Positions 62,846-64,000 of a stretch of 64,000 nucleotides of DNA are shown here, one piece after another; within the stretch, counting starts at the first letter, position 1, and the number at the start of each line of letters is the position of its first letter. Source of the stretch: Candidatus Poribacteria bacterium (GTDB lineage: Bacteria; Poribacteria; WGA-4E; JAJDTR01); NCBI GenBank assembly GCA_965222225.1, contig CBDCTK010000002.1, positions 2,688,001-2,752,000 on the forward strand, given 5' to 3'. A program made the position numbers and the translations under genes. The notes under the pieces were generated by a model. The model was not told where the DNA came from. It ran no database searches and saw only the letters and a program-made list of their open reading frames with translations.

Positions 62846-64000
62846 ATGAGTTTCTTTCAAGAAGTGCTTGATAGAAACGATCTCATTTACAACGTGCTTC
62901 CACCGCAGTGGGTCTTTGGTCTGCCTATCGGCAATGGGCAGCTTGGCGGTATGGTCTGGGTCGAGGATTGAACGAAGGTGGTCATTACGTTAGATCACGT
63001 TTGGGCGTGGGATCTCCGCCAGCATCCCCGTGAAGACCCGGACAAACTCCGTTACGACAACTTGGTCGCCTTCAGAGGGCATCTGTTGCGAAAGGATCGA
63101 CTGTCCGACATTGTGGCGGGCAAGATTCCAATCGAGGCAGGCTTTCTGACGGACATTCTCTGCTCGGTGGATTGGAGTCTCTCGCTCCAAACGAAGACAC
63201 ATGTCGGGCGAGTTGTCATGGAGTTTGCCGAGAAAATCTCGGGGTCGGCGCGTCTTCATCTCCACGACGCTCAAGCTGTGCTCGAAATCCGCACTGAATC
63301 TGAAGATAGCGTTCACTTGGGTATCCGCGCCGATGCAAATTTGCCTGCGATTGTCATATCCCACAATTGCCGGGATGCCATTGAAGACATACGGATTGAA
63401 AGGGTATCGTCTGACGATTTGGTGCCGCATCTTCAATCCGTCGAACCCATCCCCGAGTGGTATAGACTCCCGGACTACGAACGAGGCAGTCAAGGGGAAA
63501 TCCGGTGGATTCGGCAGAACATCCCGGGGAGTCCGTCACTGGCGATCGCGCTGCTGCCGGGAGATAGCCAATCCTGCGTAACCGTACAAGCGGCTCTCGA
63601 CGCAGCCGATCCGGTCAACAGCGCCATAGAGGTGCTTGAGCAGGTCGTTTCAACCCCCGAACATTGCTTGGTGGAACATCGTGGCTGGTGGCGACGGTTT
63701 TGGGAGCGTTCCAGCCTGCAACTACCGGAGGCTAAAATCGAATCCCTCTGGTACATGGGGCTGTACCTTCTGGCGTCCTCCAGCCGTGAGAGCGGGGCGT
63801 CAGTGAGTTTGCATGGGCTATGGCAGCCGGACACAGCCAAATGCCGGCTTCACTGGGACTCTACATCTGGGACTTCTATCCGCAGTATTGGGGAATCTAT
63901 GGCGCAAACCACTTGGAATTGGGGACGGCGTACTACGATCACTGACTCTCAATCTTGCCGCGTCTCAAAGAGGAAACAGAGAAATTCTACGGATGGAAAG
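62846..64000 (+). pseudogene. Disrupted paralog of the GH95-like gene (runs off the window)
   Basis: MSFFQEVLDRNDLIYNVLPPQWVFGLPIGNG...WVED then TGA; later WIRQNIPGSP and KIESLWYMGLY, with further disruptions. Confidence 0.8.

Overview
A 64-kb bacterial chromosomal window. The gene content (tandem PhyH dioxygenases, a LamG domain, Uma2, Gfo/Idh/MocA oxidoreductases) is reminiscent of Candidatus Poribacteria, but that is inference only. It holds a TonB-dependent receptor, a WYL regulator, a type I CRISPR-Cas locus (cas6-cas3-cas8-cas7-cas5, a decayed toxin-antitoxin/lipoprotein islet, cas1-cas2-cas4 and an array), gdhA, dnaE, acnA, a PyrR-attenuated pyr operon without pyrB, an intact IS701-family element, MITEs, REP-like hairpins and sugar/oxidoreductase genes. 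The most striking signal is a dispersed ~37-nt micro-element, GATCAA-NN-GA-NN-GRNYA-NN-GA-NN-GCGATAG plus a ~7-nt tail, present in dozens of copies at roughly 25 loci. Its variable positions covary as base pairs around tandem G-A mismatches, so a strand-specific hairpin is conserved rather than a sequence. It inserts without target duplication into itself, REP-like hairpins, MITEs and a brnA gene. Convergent clusters of it split 4 of the 12 CRISPR repeats at their hairpin, and four of these clusters carry the same captured spacer-like segment plus degenerate repeat. No mobilising enzyme is visible in the window. Other leads are a hidden in-frame Cas11 start in cas8, a PhyH paralog with an HxA (halogenase-like) iron motif, and a circularly permuted LamG domain inside a membrane glycosyltransferase.
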